Below, one piece after another: positions 46,942-64,000 of a stretch of DNA of 64,000 bases (position 1 is the stretch's first letter; every line of letters starts with the position of its first letter). The notes beneath the pieces were generated by a model. It worked only from the letters and a program-made list of their open reading frames with translations, did no database searches and was not told the origin of the DNA. Position numbers and translations under genes: made by a program. The DNA comes from the human T2T-CHM13v2.0 reference genome, Homo sapiens: the NCBI RefSeq assembly GCF_009914755.1, contig NC_060939.1, one strand, 5' to 3'.

Positions 46942-48168
46942 AAAGTAGAAAACATGGATAAGGAGTGGTAGAGACAGGGTTGGACCTGCAATTTGAAATA
47001 GATGGTTAGGGGGTGTGGAACAAGCCAGCCACATGGCTATCTGGATAAGGGTGTCCCTGTTAGGGCAGGGAAATGTGCGAAAGCCCTGAGCAGTGGGGCC
47101 TGTGCAGAGGGTTCAAGATGCGGGAGGACAAGGCGGAGCAGGGGAAGAGGTATAGTCAGATGACGTGGGGCCCAGGGGAAAGACCTGGGGTTCAGTCTGA
47201 GTGAGATTACCGGCCAGTAAGGGATTTGGGCAGAGGAGCAACAGGATTCGACTAAGGCCAGCAGTCTGATGTAAGCTGTGGGTTCGTGCACCTGCTTTGT
47301 GTGCAAATCACCTATTTTCCTGGGTAAAACCATTAGCATTAGAGGCTAGAGCCGTGAAGCTGAGCATACCCTTTCACTTAATAATTCCATGCCTGGGAAT
47401 TCAACCTGGAGAGAGAATTTAATAAAACAGTATTCTTCAGGAGTCTCAAGTTTTCAATAAGAAGTTTTTAAATTTTGTGTTTTTAACAATAACCTTTTAA
47501 AATAATGGTGAACATATATTCCACTGTCTGGTTGATTACTTATATCTCAATACCACATTTCATTCCAGCAGCAGAGTTAAGTAGTATTGCTTTAATTGCA
47601 ACAAGCTGAGCTAATGTGGGAAGAATGCAGTAGAGTGGCACAGAAGAATGGTGAGTTCATTGTTATTACCCTCCTAGCCCGTGAGAACGCCCACCATCCC
47701 ATGAGTTCCTACATCTATGCCATGAGGAGCAGTTGGGTTTCAGCACAGCATTCTCTATCTTTGCAAAGTTGTTGATTTTAACCCTGTGTTTTGAAGTTGT
47801 GCTTTGATTTAATTAGCAATTTCATTTTGATGGGATAGTTATATCAGTCATACCCCTTCTACTTAGTTTTATGTCCATAATATTATAATTAAACATTATT
47901 TAATTCAACATTGAAGGGCAGTGAAATAATTATTTTCTGTTTTTTCTTTTTTTCTTTTTAATTATTATACTTTAAGTTTTAGGGTACATGTGCACAATGT
48001 GCAGGTTAGTTACATATGTATACATGTGACATGCTGGTGCACTGCACCCACTAACTCGTCATCTAGCATTAGGTATATCTCCCAATGCTATCCCTCTCCT
48101 CTCCCCCGACCCCACAACAGTCCCCAGACTGTGATGTTCCCCCTCCTGTGTCCATGTGTTCCCATTGT

Positions 48169-51994
<3,826 letters not shown>

Positions 51995-52057
51995 GATGAT
52001 GTTAGCTGGTTATTTTGCCCATTAATTGATGCAGTTTCTTCATAGCATCGATGGTCT

Positions 52058-53069
52058 TTACATTTTGGCATGATTTTGCAGTGGCTGGTACTGGTTGTTC
52101 CTTTCCATGTTTAGTGCTTCCTTCAGGAGCTCTTTTAGGGCAGGCCTGGTGGTGACAAAATCTCTCAACATTTGCTTGTCTGTAAAGGATTTTATTTCTC
52201 CTTCACTTATGAAGCTTAGTTTGGCTGGATATGAAATTCTGGGTTGAAAATTCTTTTCTTTAAGAATATTGAATATTGGCCCCCACTCTCTTCTGGCTTG
52301 TAGAGTTTCTGCCGAGAGATCCGCTGTTAGTCTGATGGGCTTCCCTTTGTGGGTAACCCGACCTTTCTCTCTGGCTGCCCTTAACATTTTTTCCTTCATT
52401 TCAACTTTGGTGAATCTGACAATTATGTGTCTTGGAGTTGCTCTTCTCGAGGAGTATCTTTGTGGCGTTCTCTGTATTTCCTGAATCTGAATGTTGGCCT
52501 ACCTTGCTAGATTGGGGAAGTTCTCCTGGATAATATCCTGCAGAGTGTTTTCCAACTTGGTTCCATTCTCCCCATCACTTTCAGGTACACCAATCAGACG
52601 TAGATTTGGTCTTTTCACATAGTCCCATATTTCTTGGAGGCTTTGTTCGTTTCTTTTTATTATTTTTTCTCTAAACTTCCCTTCTTGCTTCATTTCATTC
52701 ATTTCATCTTCCATCGCTGATACCCTTTCTTCCAGTTGATCACATCGGCTCCTGAGGCTTCTGCATTCTTCACGTAGTTCTCGAGCCTTGGCTTTCAGCT
52801 CCATCAGCTCCTTTAAGCACTTCTCTGTATTGGTTATTCTAGTTATACATTCGTCTAAATTTTTTTCAGTTTTTAACTTCTTTGCCTTTGGTTTGAATTT
52901 CCTCCTGTAGCTCGTAGTTTGATCGTCTGAAGCCTTCTTCTCTCAACTCGTCAAAGTCATTCTCCGTCCAGCTTTGTTCCATTGCTGGTGAGGAACTGCG
53001 ATCCTTTGGAGGAGGAGAGGTGCTCTGCTTTTTAGAGTTTCCAGTTTTTCTGCTCTGTTTTTTCCCCAT
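52058..53069 (-). pseudogene. L1 ORF1p, disrupted (frameshift near 52870, premature stop at 52499)
   Basis: ORF fragments MGKKQSRKTGNSK..., MELKAKARELREEC..., MKEKMLRAAREKG...QNHAKM. Confidence 0.93.
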
Positions 53070-53954
53070 CTTTTTGGTTTTATCTACTTTTGGTCTTTGA
53101 TGATGGTGATCTCCAGATGCGTTTTTGGTGTGGATGTCCTTTCTGTTTGTTAGTTTTCCTTCTAACGACAGGACCCTCAGCTGCAGGTCTGTTGGAGTTT
53201 GCTAGAGGTCCACTCCAGACCCTGTTTGCCTGGGTATCAGCAGCGGTGTCTGCAGAACAGTGGTTTTTTGTGAACCGCGAATGCTGCTCTCTGATCGTTC
53301 TTCTGGAAGTTTTGTCTCAGAGGAGTACCCGGCCGTGTGAGGTGTCAGTCTGCCCCTGCTGGGGGGGGTGCTTCCCAGTTAGGCTGCTCAGGGGGTCAGG
53401 GGTCAGGGACCCACTTGAGGAGGCAGTCTGCCCGTTCTCAGATCTCCAGCTGCGTGCTGGGAGAACCGCTGCTCTCTTCAAAGCTCCGATGGAAATGCAG
53501 AAATCACCCGTCTTCTGCGTCGCTCACACTGGGAGCTGTAGACCGGAGCTGTTACTATTCGGCCATCTTCCAATTATTTTCTTTTAAAGGTCGTCTGAGT
53601 GTTACTCGAGTGTGCACACACTGGAATAACGAATGGTGTGGAGCATGGGATAATTCAAAACAGGCTTTCTTGTGCTCCATCCCCAGTCACCCACTCAGGA
53701 AGGGCTGAACGTTCCTGGCTGCCACAAGGGTCAGGGAGGCCATGAAGGTAGCAAATAGCTAGTCAGGACCTGTCCAGGCCATTCGTGGTGGTCACCAGGC
53801 CTCCTCCATGCACAGGCCCTGACAGGATGGTCCAGCCAGGATTCAGGAATGTTCAGTTCATTTATGCTGGTGGTGAGCACACCGTCAGGGAACAGCAGGC
53901 AGGGCTGTGTCCAAAAAAGTTTTCTGGCTCTCAGGTTCCAGGCATACACTCACT

Positions 53955-54081
53955 CACTCTTTCTTTCTTTCACTCTTCCTTCCTTCCTTCCTTCCTTCCT
54001 TCTCTCCTTCCTTCCCTCTTTCCCTCCCTCCATCCCTTCCCTCCCTTTCTTCCCTGCCTCCCTTCCTCCCTCCCTTCCTTC

Positions 54082-54085
<4 letters not shown>
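53955..54085. repeat. (TTCC/TCCC)n pyrimidine tract
   Basis: Seen directly. Confidence 0.9.
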
Positions 54086-54999
<914 letters not shown>

Positions 55000-55500
55000 A
55001 TGCACTCTTGATCATCACTCACGCTCTCTGCCAGGTGACCCCAGTCATCACCTCTGTACCACCTCCTCCAAGTACCTTTCCAGCTCCCCTGACTGGCAGG
55101 GCCAGGAGAAGTCAACACCCCTCACTCCTCCATGTCACCCTGCCTCCATTCCTAGTGTCTGCTGCTTAAGACACATCCTTCCTGCCGGAGCCAAGTTTGC
55201 CTAATCCCGGTGCTTTCATACTTTCTTTACCTACCAGCAAAGTGTAACATGACAGAGGTTCCTAGCCAAGCACATGCACAGAATCTCATCTTTCTCTGGC
55301 GACACCCTTGTCCATAGTAGGTTTGCCAGGATTCACCTGACACTTGCTCCCAGGACTGACTCAGTAAATGCCCTTCCTGCTCACTGATCTGCAAATCCTG
55401 GGAATCTGGGCCTTGAGGCAATCACTTCTAGAATACAGGAAACCAAATTCTAGACAAAGCATCTGTCTCCAGCCATTTTCCAATCATCTCAACAGTTCCT

Positions 55501-55852
<352 letters not shown>

Positions 55853-56891
55853 TTAATGCCAAGTACGTGATTCAGTAAAATAAATCCAGCATCCACTCCA
55901 CTCAACATCTGTTTTCTGGGTGTTTGCGATATGTCAGGAGCTCTGACGCACATGAGCCAGTGTATCAGGACACAATGGGGTGATACTCCCAGGGGGCGGG
56001 GATGCCACCTCTGCGTCAGATAGTCTCCTGACTGTCGCTCAGCCCCTCTTTGGTGCTTTGATTTAAAAAAAAAAGTTGTGCATGAAACGCTATAGGGAAC
56101 CGCTGGGGTTCTTTAGTAAGAGCTTAAATCCTCTGCCTGAAGATGCAAGTGCGTATTGGTGAAGTGTTTACTTTGCTACAATTCCAAAGAAGAAATTCTC
56201 AAGTCTCTTATGCTACAAATTGGGGGATGGAACAGTGCAGAGCAGGCCAAACTTTTCTCATGGAGTAACACCTCCATCTTGTGGCCTTTCAGGGTATTCC
56301 AAGTGGATCCAACTACCTGCTATTTTGTGATTCTGGGTACAATAAATCAGATCTGAGAGAACTTGAGAGGTCCTCTGATTCGGTCCTCTGCCTTCACCCA
56401 GACGTGAAGCTCCACTATTAGCTCCATGATTTCCTCATAGTAACAGTCCAGAGAGGTGAAGAGACTTGGCCGAGCCCACCCAGCTAATACGCACGGTCTC
56501 ATACCTGAGGCTCAATGCTACCCACTTGTCACTCTTTAGGAAGAGAAAAAAACTTCTTCAAACAAAATTCGACCAACTATGAAACAGATGAAAGCAGAGA
56601 GAGTCCCGGTAGAGACTGCAGAAGGACCCACCCTTCCCAGCACCTTCAGTCATCACGCCCTGGAAACCACTGTCTTGTGCCAGGGGGATGCTGCTTCTCT
56701 GGGTAATGGAACATCATTGTGGCAGCCTGGAAAGCCCCCTAGGACAATAGCATTCCCTTCCGAGTAGCTTATTGCTTCAATCAGTTTAGGTCCTGGCCAG
56801 GTAAATGCCTTTTATTAAAACACATTTTACACCTCTCATGGCAGAATAAACGGCCTCATAGGATAAGGGTGTGTGGCCCCGCGACTGCTGA

Positions 56892-57336
56892 TGAGAAGTG
56901 AAGCCAGCTGGACTTCTGGGTCAGGTGGGGACTTGGAGAACTTTTTTGTCTTACAAGAGGATTGTAAAATGCACCAATCAGCACACTATAAAATGGACCA
57001 ATCAGTACTCTGTAAAATGGACCAATCAGCACACTGTAAAATGGACCAAATCAGTGCTCAGCAAAATGGACCAATCAGCAGCACATGGGCGGGGACAAAT
57101 TAGGGAATAAAAGCTGGCCACCCCAGCCAGCCCTGGTAACCAGTGGGAGTCCAGTTTGGTGCAGTGGAGTCTTTGTTCATTCGCTTTTCACAGTAAATCT
57201 TGCTGCTGCTCACTCTTTGGGTCTGTGCCACCTTTAAGAGCTTTAACACTCACCGGGAAGGTCCGCAGCTTCATTCTTGAAGCCAGCGAGACAAAGAACC
57301 CACCGGAAAGAACCAACTCCGGGCCTCCGGACACCA
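56892..57336 (+). mobile_element. ERV9 solo LTR (LTR12 family, short LTR12F-like)
   Basis: Starts TGAGAAGTGAAGCCAGCTGG; 24-bp tandem units AAAATGGACCAATCAGC; GC box; AATAAAAGC; ends near ...CTCCGGACAC. Confidence 0.85.
56964..57112 (+). promoter_or_regulatory. LTR12 promoter module: CCAAT array, GC box, TATA-like element
   Basis: CCAAT at 56974, 56998, 57022 and 57071 (variant CCAAAT at 57046); GGGCGGGG at 57087; AATAAAA at 57106. Confidence 0.65.
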
Positions 57337-57784
57337 TTGGGACCTGCAATTGCTGGGACCCGGTCCCGGGAGGATGCCCGAGAGATGCCCACAGGGCCCC
57401 GGGCAGGGCAGAAAGCCGAAGCCGCCGCAGGCTGCCAGGACTAGGGCAAGCTTACGTCCACTCAGGCGGTCAACAAATAATTATCAGACTCCTTCTACGT
57501 GTCATGCCGTTGAACAAGATCGACAAGACCCTGGTCTCACAAAGCTTCTGTGCACATTGGAGGAGCCGGGTGACTGCAAAGAAAGGGCGTAAGATTGTTT
57601 CTGATAGGGCCTGGGATGTGAGGAGCGATGATAGAGTGCGTGCTCTCAGGAGAGACCTTGGAGCTGGTCTTGAAATGTGAGGAGGAGTCGGTTGGAGAAA
57701 GAGGGAAAGAACAGGCCGAGCCGAGCCAGAACCGGGTATAGCCAGAAGCGCGAAGGAGAGAGCCAGCACTCGAGGTCAGAGGAA

Positions 57785-57842
57785 GCGCAAGGTGGCACCG
57801 GCCCCTCTCGCTGCGCTTTTTGTCCTTCCAGGAGGGGGCGCT
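57785..57842 (+). promoter_or_regulatory. Two tandem CTCF-like motifs in a CpG-rich patch
   Basis: GCGCAAGGTGGCAC (57785) and CCAGGAGGGGGCGCT (57828-57842) compared with the consensus CCASYAGRKGGCRC. Confidence 0.5.
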
Positions 57843-58440
57843 GGTCCACCGACTGGCCCGGCAGTTCCCCAGTAGCACCGGGGGTTTCCTGCCGCGCGCG
57901 TCACCTGGTTCAGTTTAGAGCCTCCAAAGCTGCAAGGCAAGGCGAAGATGGGCAGTGGAGACAGAGTAGGGTGGGGAGGGTCCAAGCTGAGGAGCCTGTA
58001 GAGCGTCTAAAGTCATCAGTGGCACCTGTTGTTTCATTGTTCGTGTAGGCAGCTTGTATGTGTATACATATTTTAAACTTATTACCTAACATTTCAATCA
58101 CAAAAGCAATTAGAGATAAAAGGTCCATGACACCCATGTACCCATCACCCATATCAATAACTATCACCTTCAGTCCTCAGTTCATCTACTCCCTCTTTTC
58201 ATTCATTCGTTTATTAAAAAAAAACAACAACAACAAAAAAAACCAGTCTTTAAAAGCAAATCCAAGACATTGACTCACTTCTGTAAATACTTCAGAGTAT
58301 ATCTCTAGCAAGATTATTTTTTAATTAAACATATCCACAATACCATTGTCATAACAAACTAATAACCCCTTAATATATTCTAATTGTATATATTGTTTTT
58401 AAATATTTTATCTTCAAAATAATTCGACTTCCACAGAAGT

Positions 58441-58612
58441 TTTTGTTTTGTTTTGTTTTGTTTTTTGTTTGTTTGTTTCTGAGACAGAGTCTTGCTCTGT
58501 TGCCCAGGCTGGAGTGCAATGGCATGATTTTGGCTCACTGCAACCTCCGCCTCCTGGGTTAAAGTGATTCTCCTGCCTCAGCCTCCCGAGTAGCTGGGAC
58601 TACAGGCGCCTG
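58441..58612 (-). mobile_element. Alu right-arm fragment
   Basis: Right monomer plus tail. Confidence 0.82.
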
Positions 58613-58825
58613 CTTATAGACAAGGATAATAATGACAATGCTTATCTGATTGTGTTGTCGTGAGGATTAAATGAGTTTACACATATAAACGCTTAGAACT
58701 GTGTCTGGCACATAAAATTTCTTAATAAATATTTTCCATTATTATTACAGCTCGTATTTTTTAAAAATTAACCCGTCTCTTTTAAAAAGACAAAAAAGCT
58801 TTATTTTATCTTGATTATAATTCTA

Positions 58826-59148
58826 GGCCAAGCACACTGACTTACGCCCTGTAATCCCAGCACTTTGGAGACCAACGCAGAAGGATCGCTTGAGCCCAGG
58901 GGTTCGAGACCAACCTGAGCAACATAGGGAGACCCCCATCTCTACAAAAAAATTAAAAATTAGCCGGGTGTGGTGGCACACACCTGTGGTCCCACCTACT
59001 CAGGAGGTTGAGGCAGAAGGATTGCTTGGGCCCAGAAGGTCGAGGCTGCAGTGAGCCATGATCACGCCACACTGCACCCCAGCCTGGGTGACAGACCGAA
59101 ATCCTGTCTCAAAAAAAAAAAAAAAGAAAAGAAAAGAAAATGAAAAAA
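58826..59148 (+). mobile_element. Alu (J)
   Basis: Alu consensus. Confidence 0.88.
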
Positions 59149-60615
59149 GAATGCATACTCTGAGCCTGAGAGCCAGATAACTTTTTGGACACAGCCCTGA
59201 CTGCTGTTCCTCCATGGTGTCCTCACCACCAGCATAAATGAACTGGTCAGTCAGCTAGTGTACCCTGGTGTGGTTGTGCCTGTTGTTAAACGTTTAAAAA
59301 TAGTTCTATACTGGTTTTCAAATAGCTTCCTGCCCCAGCCTGCCCCCAGTGTTCTGGCCCCTCCCAGGGTCTCCAGATCTGCCCATGGCCCAGCAACTAA
59401 AGGGTTTACACCTGGTGCAGCAGGTGGACGGGCGGCCTCTGCACTGGGGGCTGCAGCTGTTCCAAGCAGCGGAGGCTCAGGCCAGAGCAGCCGCTAGAGA
59501 TTTAGGTCCTCCTCTTGGGTGAAGAGGGAGAGAAAATGAAAGCATGGGGAGCTTCTCATTTTCACACATAAAGACTGAATTTCTTTATAAATATTTCCTA
59601 TCATTATTAGTATAGGTAATATTGATTTCAAATTAGTCTCTTTTTTTAAAATACAAAGAACTGTATTTTATCCAGGTTAGAGCTGTAATACATGTGTATT
59701 ATTAAACATTCAAATGAAACAGAAATATTTGCCTGTGGGGAGAATGTCTGCGGTGGCCTCTGGTGACAGCTCTGCAACAGAACTGAGACAGCCACCTCGC
59801 ATGGTGCTTGGGAGTCAAGCCAAGCTAACCTGGAGGTCTTTCCTGTCAGTCATCTCGGGTACAGAGGAGGAAGAGGTGACCCAGGGTGGAGCAACAGATG
59901 GTGCATGTTCCAGACAGGCTGCTTTTTGTCTGCCTGTCCCAGGACAGGGCAGGGCCCCCGCCAGCCCTGCTTAGACCTTTAGAAGAGTTCAAGGGGAAAA
60001 AGACTTTACTAGTCAAGGGCTGGGAAAACTGTGCAGGGGAATATCTGATCATTTCTAAATGTTATCTTGAAGAGAAAAGAAAGAAGCTTTATTGAGAAAC
60101 ATTCCCGCTGGTGTCTGCCTCTCGGAGCCCTGCACCTTCCACTCCCTGCTCTAGAAAGAAAACCATTGATTCATTTAGGTCCTGCCAAGGAGACAAGCAT
60201 CCCATGATCTTCAGCCAGAAATTCCCCTGGGCCACATGAAATCAAACTATCCATGTCTGTTTTGTAAGTGGCTTTGAAGTTGAGACATTGTGGACATATT
60301 TCCATGTAAATGAATATAGGAACACCACCAGCTGCAATGGCTGCATGGGATTCCACTGTACAGAGGGAGTAGAACTTATTTAGCCAGTTGTCTAGAAAAT
60401 TGCTGCAGGGTACATCCATATAATTAAATCTTTGTAAAATTTTCCAAGGGATAGTTTCCTGGAGTGTGGATGGCTGAGGCCTCAGCTCCAGGGCCTGTGC
60501 ACTCCCCACTAGCTATGCTTCAAAGAAGGTGAAGACACTTGGGGGTGGGGGGCAGGAATTCGGTGGGTGGGCAGGAATTTGTGGGGGTGGGTGACTGTAT
60601 AAGAAATAAATCCTG

Positions 60616-61259
<644 letters not shown>

Positions 61260-61470
61260 GAGATCCTGGAAGATTTGTTCCCGGCACCCAGTATTGTGGC
61301 TGAGACATGCCCCAGACAAGAAGCCCAGAGAGCCGCTCCCCCTAGAGAGGCTAGAACAGGGGATTCCTTGCCAGGGCCCTGAGGATGCAGAGGGAGGTCA
61401 GTCCTGCTGCCCCTATCACGCCTTGTTATTCCACCCCCAACCGGCCCAGACCTCCTGGGAGTCAGAGGAA

Positions 61471-61566
61471 GTTGCTGACCTGTCCCCTGGGGGAATAATT
61501 GTATTAGTGATAAGGTGGCCTCTGGCAGCTTAGTCAGCAGATTCAGGGCTTTGGGCTGAGTAATCC
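61471..61566. promoter_or_regulatory. Candidate photoreceptor enhancer core (MARE/NRL + CRX/OTX motif)
   Basis: AGCTTAGTCAGCA at 61527-61539 matches TGCTGAGTCAGCA at 11/13; TAATCC at 61561; TGCTGAC at 61473. Confidence 0.5.
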
Positions 61567-64000
61567 TTTGGCGTCTGCCCCAGCAGCTGGTGATCACAGA
61601 TCGGGGAGACCCCCCCAACCCCCAGGCCCTGCTGGGCTTTGGCTTCCATTCCCCCAGCACAGTGCATAGGGCACAGCTCTGGCTGGCCTGACCTGCCAAA
61701 GAACCCAGGGCCAGGCTCAGAGGGGATTTTGGCTGGCATCCACGTGATGGAGTGACAGAATACAGTCAAAATCAACAGCGTAAAAATGGGCCGGTCAAAC
61801 ACTGCAGGGGGCTTTCATTTAGATGGGACTGGGTTTCTTGTGTGGCCTGGCTTGTTTTGTTTTTGCCATTTTAGGTAATACATACCCACTACAGAATACA
61901 GGGAAATACAGACAAGGTTGAAAACAGATTCTCTGTCCATTAAGTGCCTTGGGATCCTCATCCCCAGCTAACCCGAAACTCTAAGCCTGTTCCCTGGAAT
62001 CTTCCATCTGGATGGAGGAGAGAAAGTTGACCTGGAGTGAGGTTCAATGTAAGGACAAGATCTGCACCCGGAGAAGCTCTCTCTCGGAGAGCACAGGCGG
62101 CCTGAGGAGTCAAAACAGGTGGCCTGTGGAGTCAGCACAGGCAGCCTGGAGGAGGTGAGCCCTGGACAGGCCTTCAGGGATGGGAAGGGTCTGGGCAGAA
62201 GGAGCAGGAGGGCCAAAGCCAGCCCCGCTCAGCGGCCTCCCCTGCGTGTGCTGCCCCTGAGAGAAGGAAGCGCTCTCCTCCAGTAGCCCTGCCCCCGCTT
62301 CCTCCCTTCCATCTGCCCTTTCCGCTTCAGTTCACCTCCTTTAATCCCACCACAACCGCCCAATGGGACACCATCCTACTCATTCCAGAGAGCATGAAAC
62401 TGAGAGGCAGAATAACTTCCCCAAGCCCACACAGCCAGGCTCTGAGAGGAGCGGTGCTGGCCCAAGCCTGCCCTTAAGCCCGGGCTGCAGGCCGGAGCAG
62501 CCCCTTCTCTCCTGCCGGCTGCCGCCCCCTCAAGCCTGCAGGTGTCTCTCCGGAGATGCTGGGCATGGGGCAGGGTTTGAGGTACACCCACCTCCACCTC
62601 TCTTCCTGGCTCTTTCTCCTCTGTAGCTCCCATTTTAAAAGGAACTGCATTCCTAACATATTTTTCTTTAAATATCTAAATTCGTTGGGGAAAAAAATCT
62701 TTCCTTAATGTTACCCTCCCTGCCACCCCTCAGCCCCGTCTCCTTCCCTCACAGCCACGCTCCCTCCCCACAACTAGGCCTCCTGAATCATGCTCCCTCC
62801 CAGGGCACCAGCTCCTCCGGCTGCTGCTGAAACCCAATGAGGCAGCTGCCCCTCCTGGGAGGGTGTCCTGGTGCAAAGCTGAGTGCAGTGCCAAGCACAG
62901 TTTGAAATCCTCATCTGCATCCCCAGCCTCCTCCACCACTCACTAGCTGTGTGGCCTGAAGCAAATTACTTAACTTCTCTGACTCTGTTTTTCCTCACCC
63001 ATGAGTTGAGGCTAGTAAGGACAGCTCCTTTACAAGGCTGCTGTGAGGTTTGAAGGATCTGTGTAAGAACTTGGCATGCTTCCTTTCTGCATGACACGGA
63101 AGGAACACTTGCATGGTGACACCACCATTGCTGATTCCTCCCCGTCCCTGGCTCCCGCGACAGCGCAGCGCTGTCCTGAGTTTCCGTCTTGTCTCTGATG
63201 TGCCTTTGTCATCAGCTTGTCCTTGGCTCCAGCCACCAGAGTCTGAGACCCTTGAGCTCAGCCTTAGGCATTTTCAAACCTGCACGCATTTGCTCCAGGC
63301 GGCCCCCCAGTCCTGGGGTTACTACCTCTGTGCAGATAAATTGGGGGTGGTTTGGTCTGGGGCATGTGGAGCTGGACTCCACGGTGGAACTGATATGAAG
63401 TGGCCCTGGAAGCCGTGAGTGTGTGTGAAACTGCCCGAGGAGAGAGCGGGAAGGGCTGCTGGGACCAGTCTCTGGGTACATGGAGGTGATGACAAGTTCA
63501 AGGCAAAGACCCGTGTTCCAGAAGAGATGGGAAAGAGCGGCTTCGGGAAGGAGGGAGTGGCCAGTCAAATCCATGGAGGATGGCCTCAGCTTCAGTCTTA
63601 GGTGGAGCTGGAGACCTTGTCCTGAGGGGCTTTTTGGCAGAGGAGGCAGGGAGGGGTGAGGACGGAGGAGAGGAGAACAGGTGAGAGCACCCAGCCCGGT
63701 GGCCTCGATCTTCTGAGGCCCCAGAAAGCGGATTACCCTGCAAAGCCCCTCGAGCTGACTTCCCAAATCCCTAATTGTGCTTCTCTGTCACAGGGAGGGT
63801 TAACCCCACTTACATAAGGGCCAGGCCCCGCCCCCTGTCCCCTTAACTCCATGATCCTTCTGGAAGCTTCACGCTCCGCCCGCTTCCCCTTGGGGTCTAA
63901 GGCTGGACCAACCCCACCCCAGCTCATCCTGAGGTGAGCTCTGGTCTGCTGGGGACAAGTGGTCCCCTCCAGGACAACATGGGCTTTCAGCTCTGTCCCG

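Noticed and set aside
56964-57080. 24-bp periodic repeat array
   Set aside because: These are the normal CCAAT tandem units of LTR12, not a CRISPR-like array.

Overview
Human-type (primate) genomic DNA, rich in Alus. The first half holds the last six coding exons of THSD4 (ADAMTSL6) on the + strand: tandem thrombospondin type-1 repeats and a terminal PLAC domain, stop at 32293-32295. A ~6 kb Alu-free 3' UTR follows and ends in a tandemly duplicated 107-bp poly(A) cassette. The rest is intergenic and, by known 15q23 gene order, leads towards NR2E3, which is not in the window. I found no evidence of a wholly new biological system, and the ORFs outside the THSD4 exons and the L1 look like repeat or chance products. 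The most notable structures are: (1) a near full-length L1PA3-type element whose 5' UTR was spliced before integration (SpIRE 97/622 junction); (2) a 5'-truncated SVA carrying a 3'-transduced AluSp plus a unique tag inside one 16-bp target-site duplication (TSD), in sense orientation in a THSD4 intron; (3) the duplicated poly(A) site; (4) a ~95-bp inverted repeat pair 5.3 kb apart, bracketing an LTR12 promoter and a CpG-rich CTCF-like cluster; (5) an NRL/CRX motif cluster and candidate non-coding exons near the right end. Repeat subfamily names come from recalled consensus sequences, and old-repeat boundaries are approximate.
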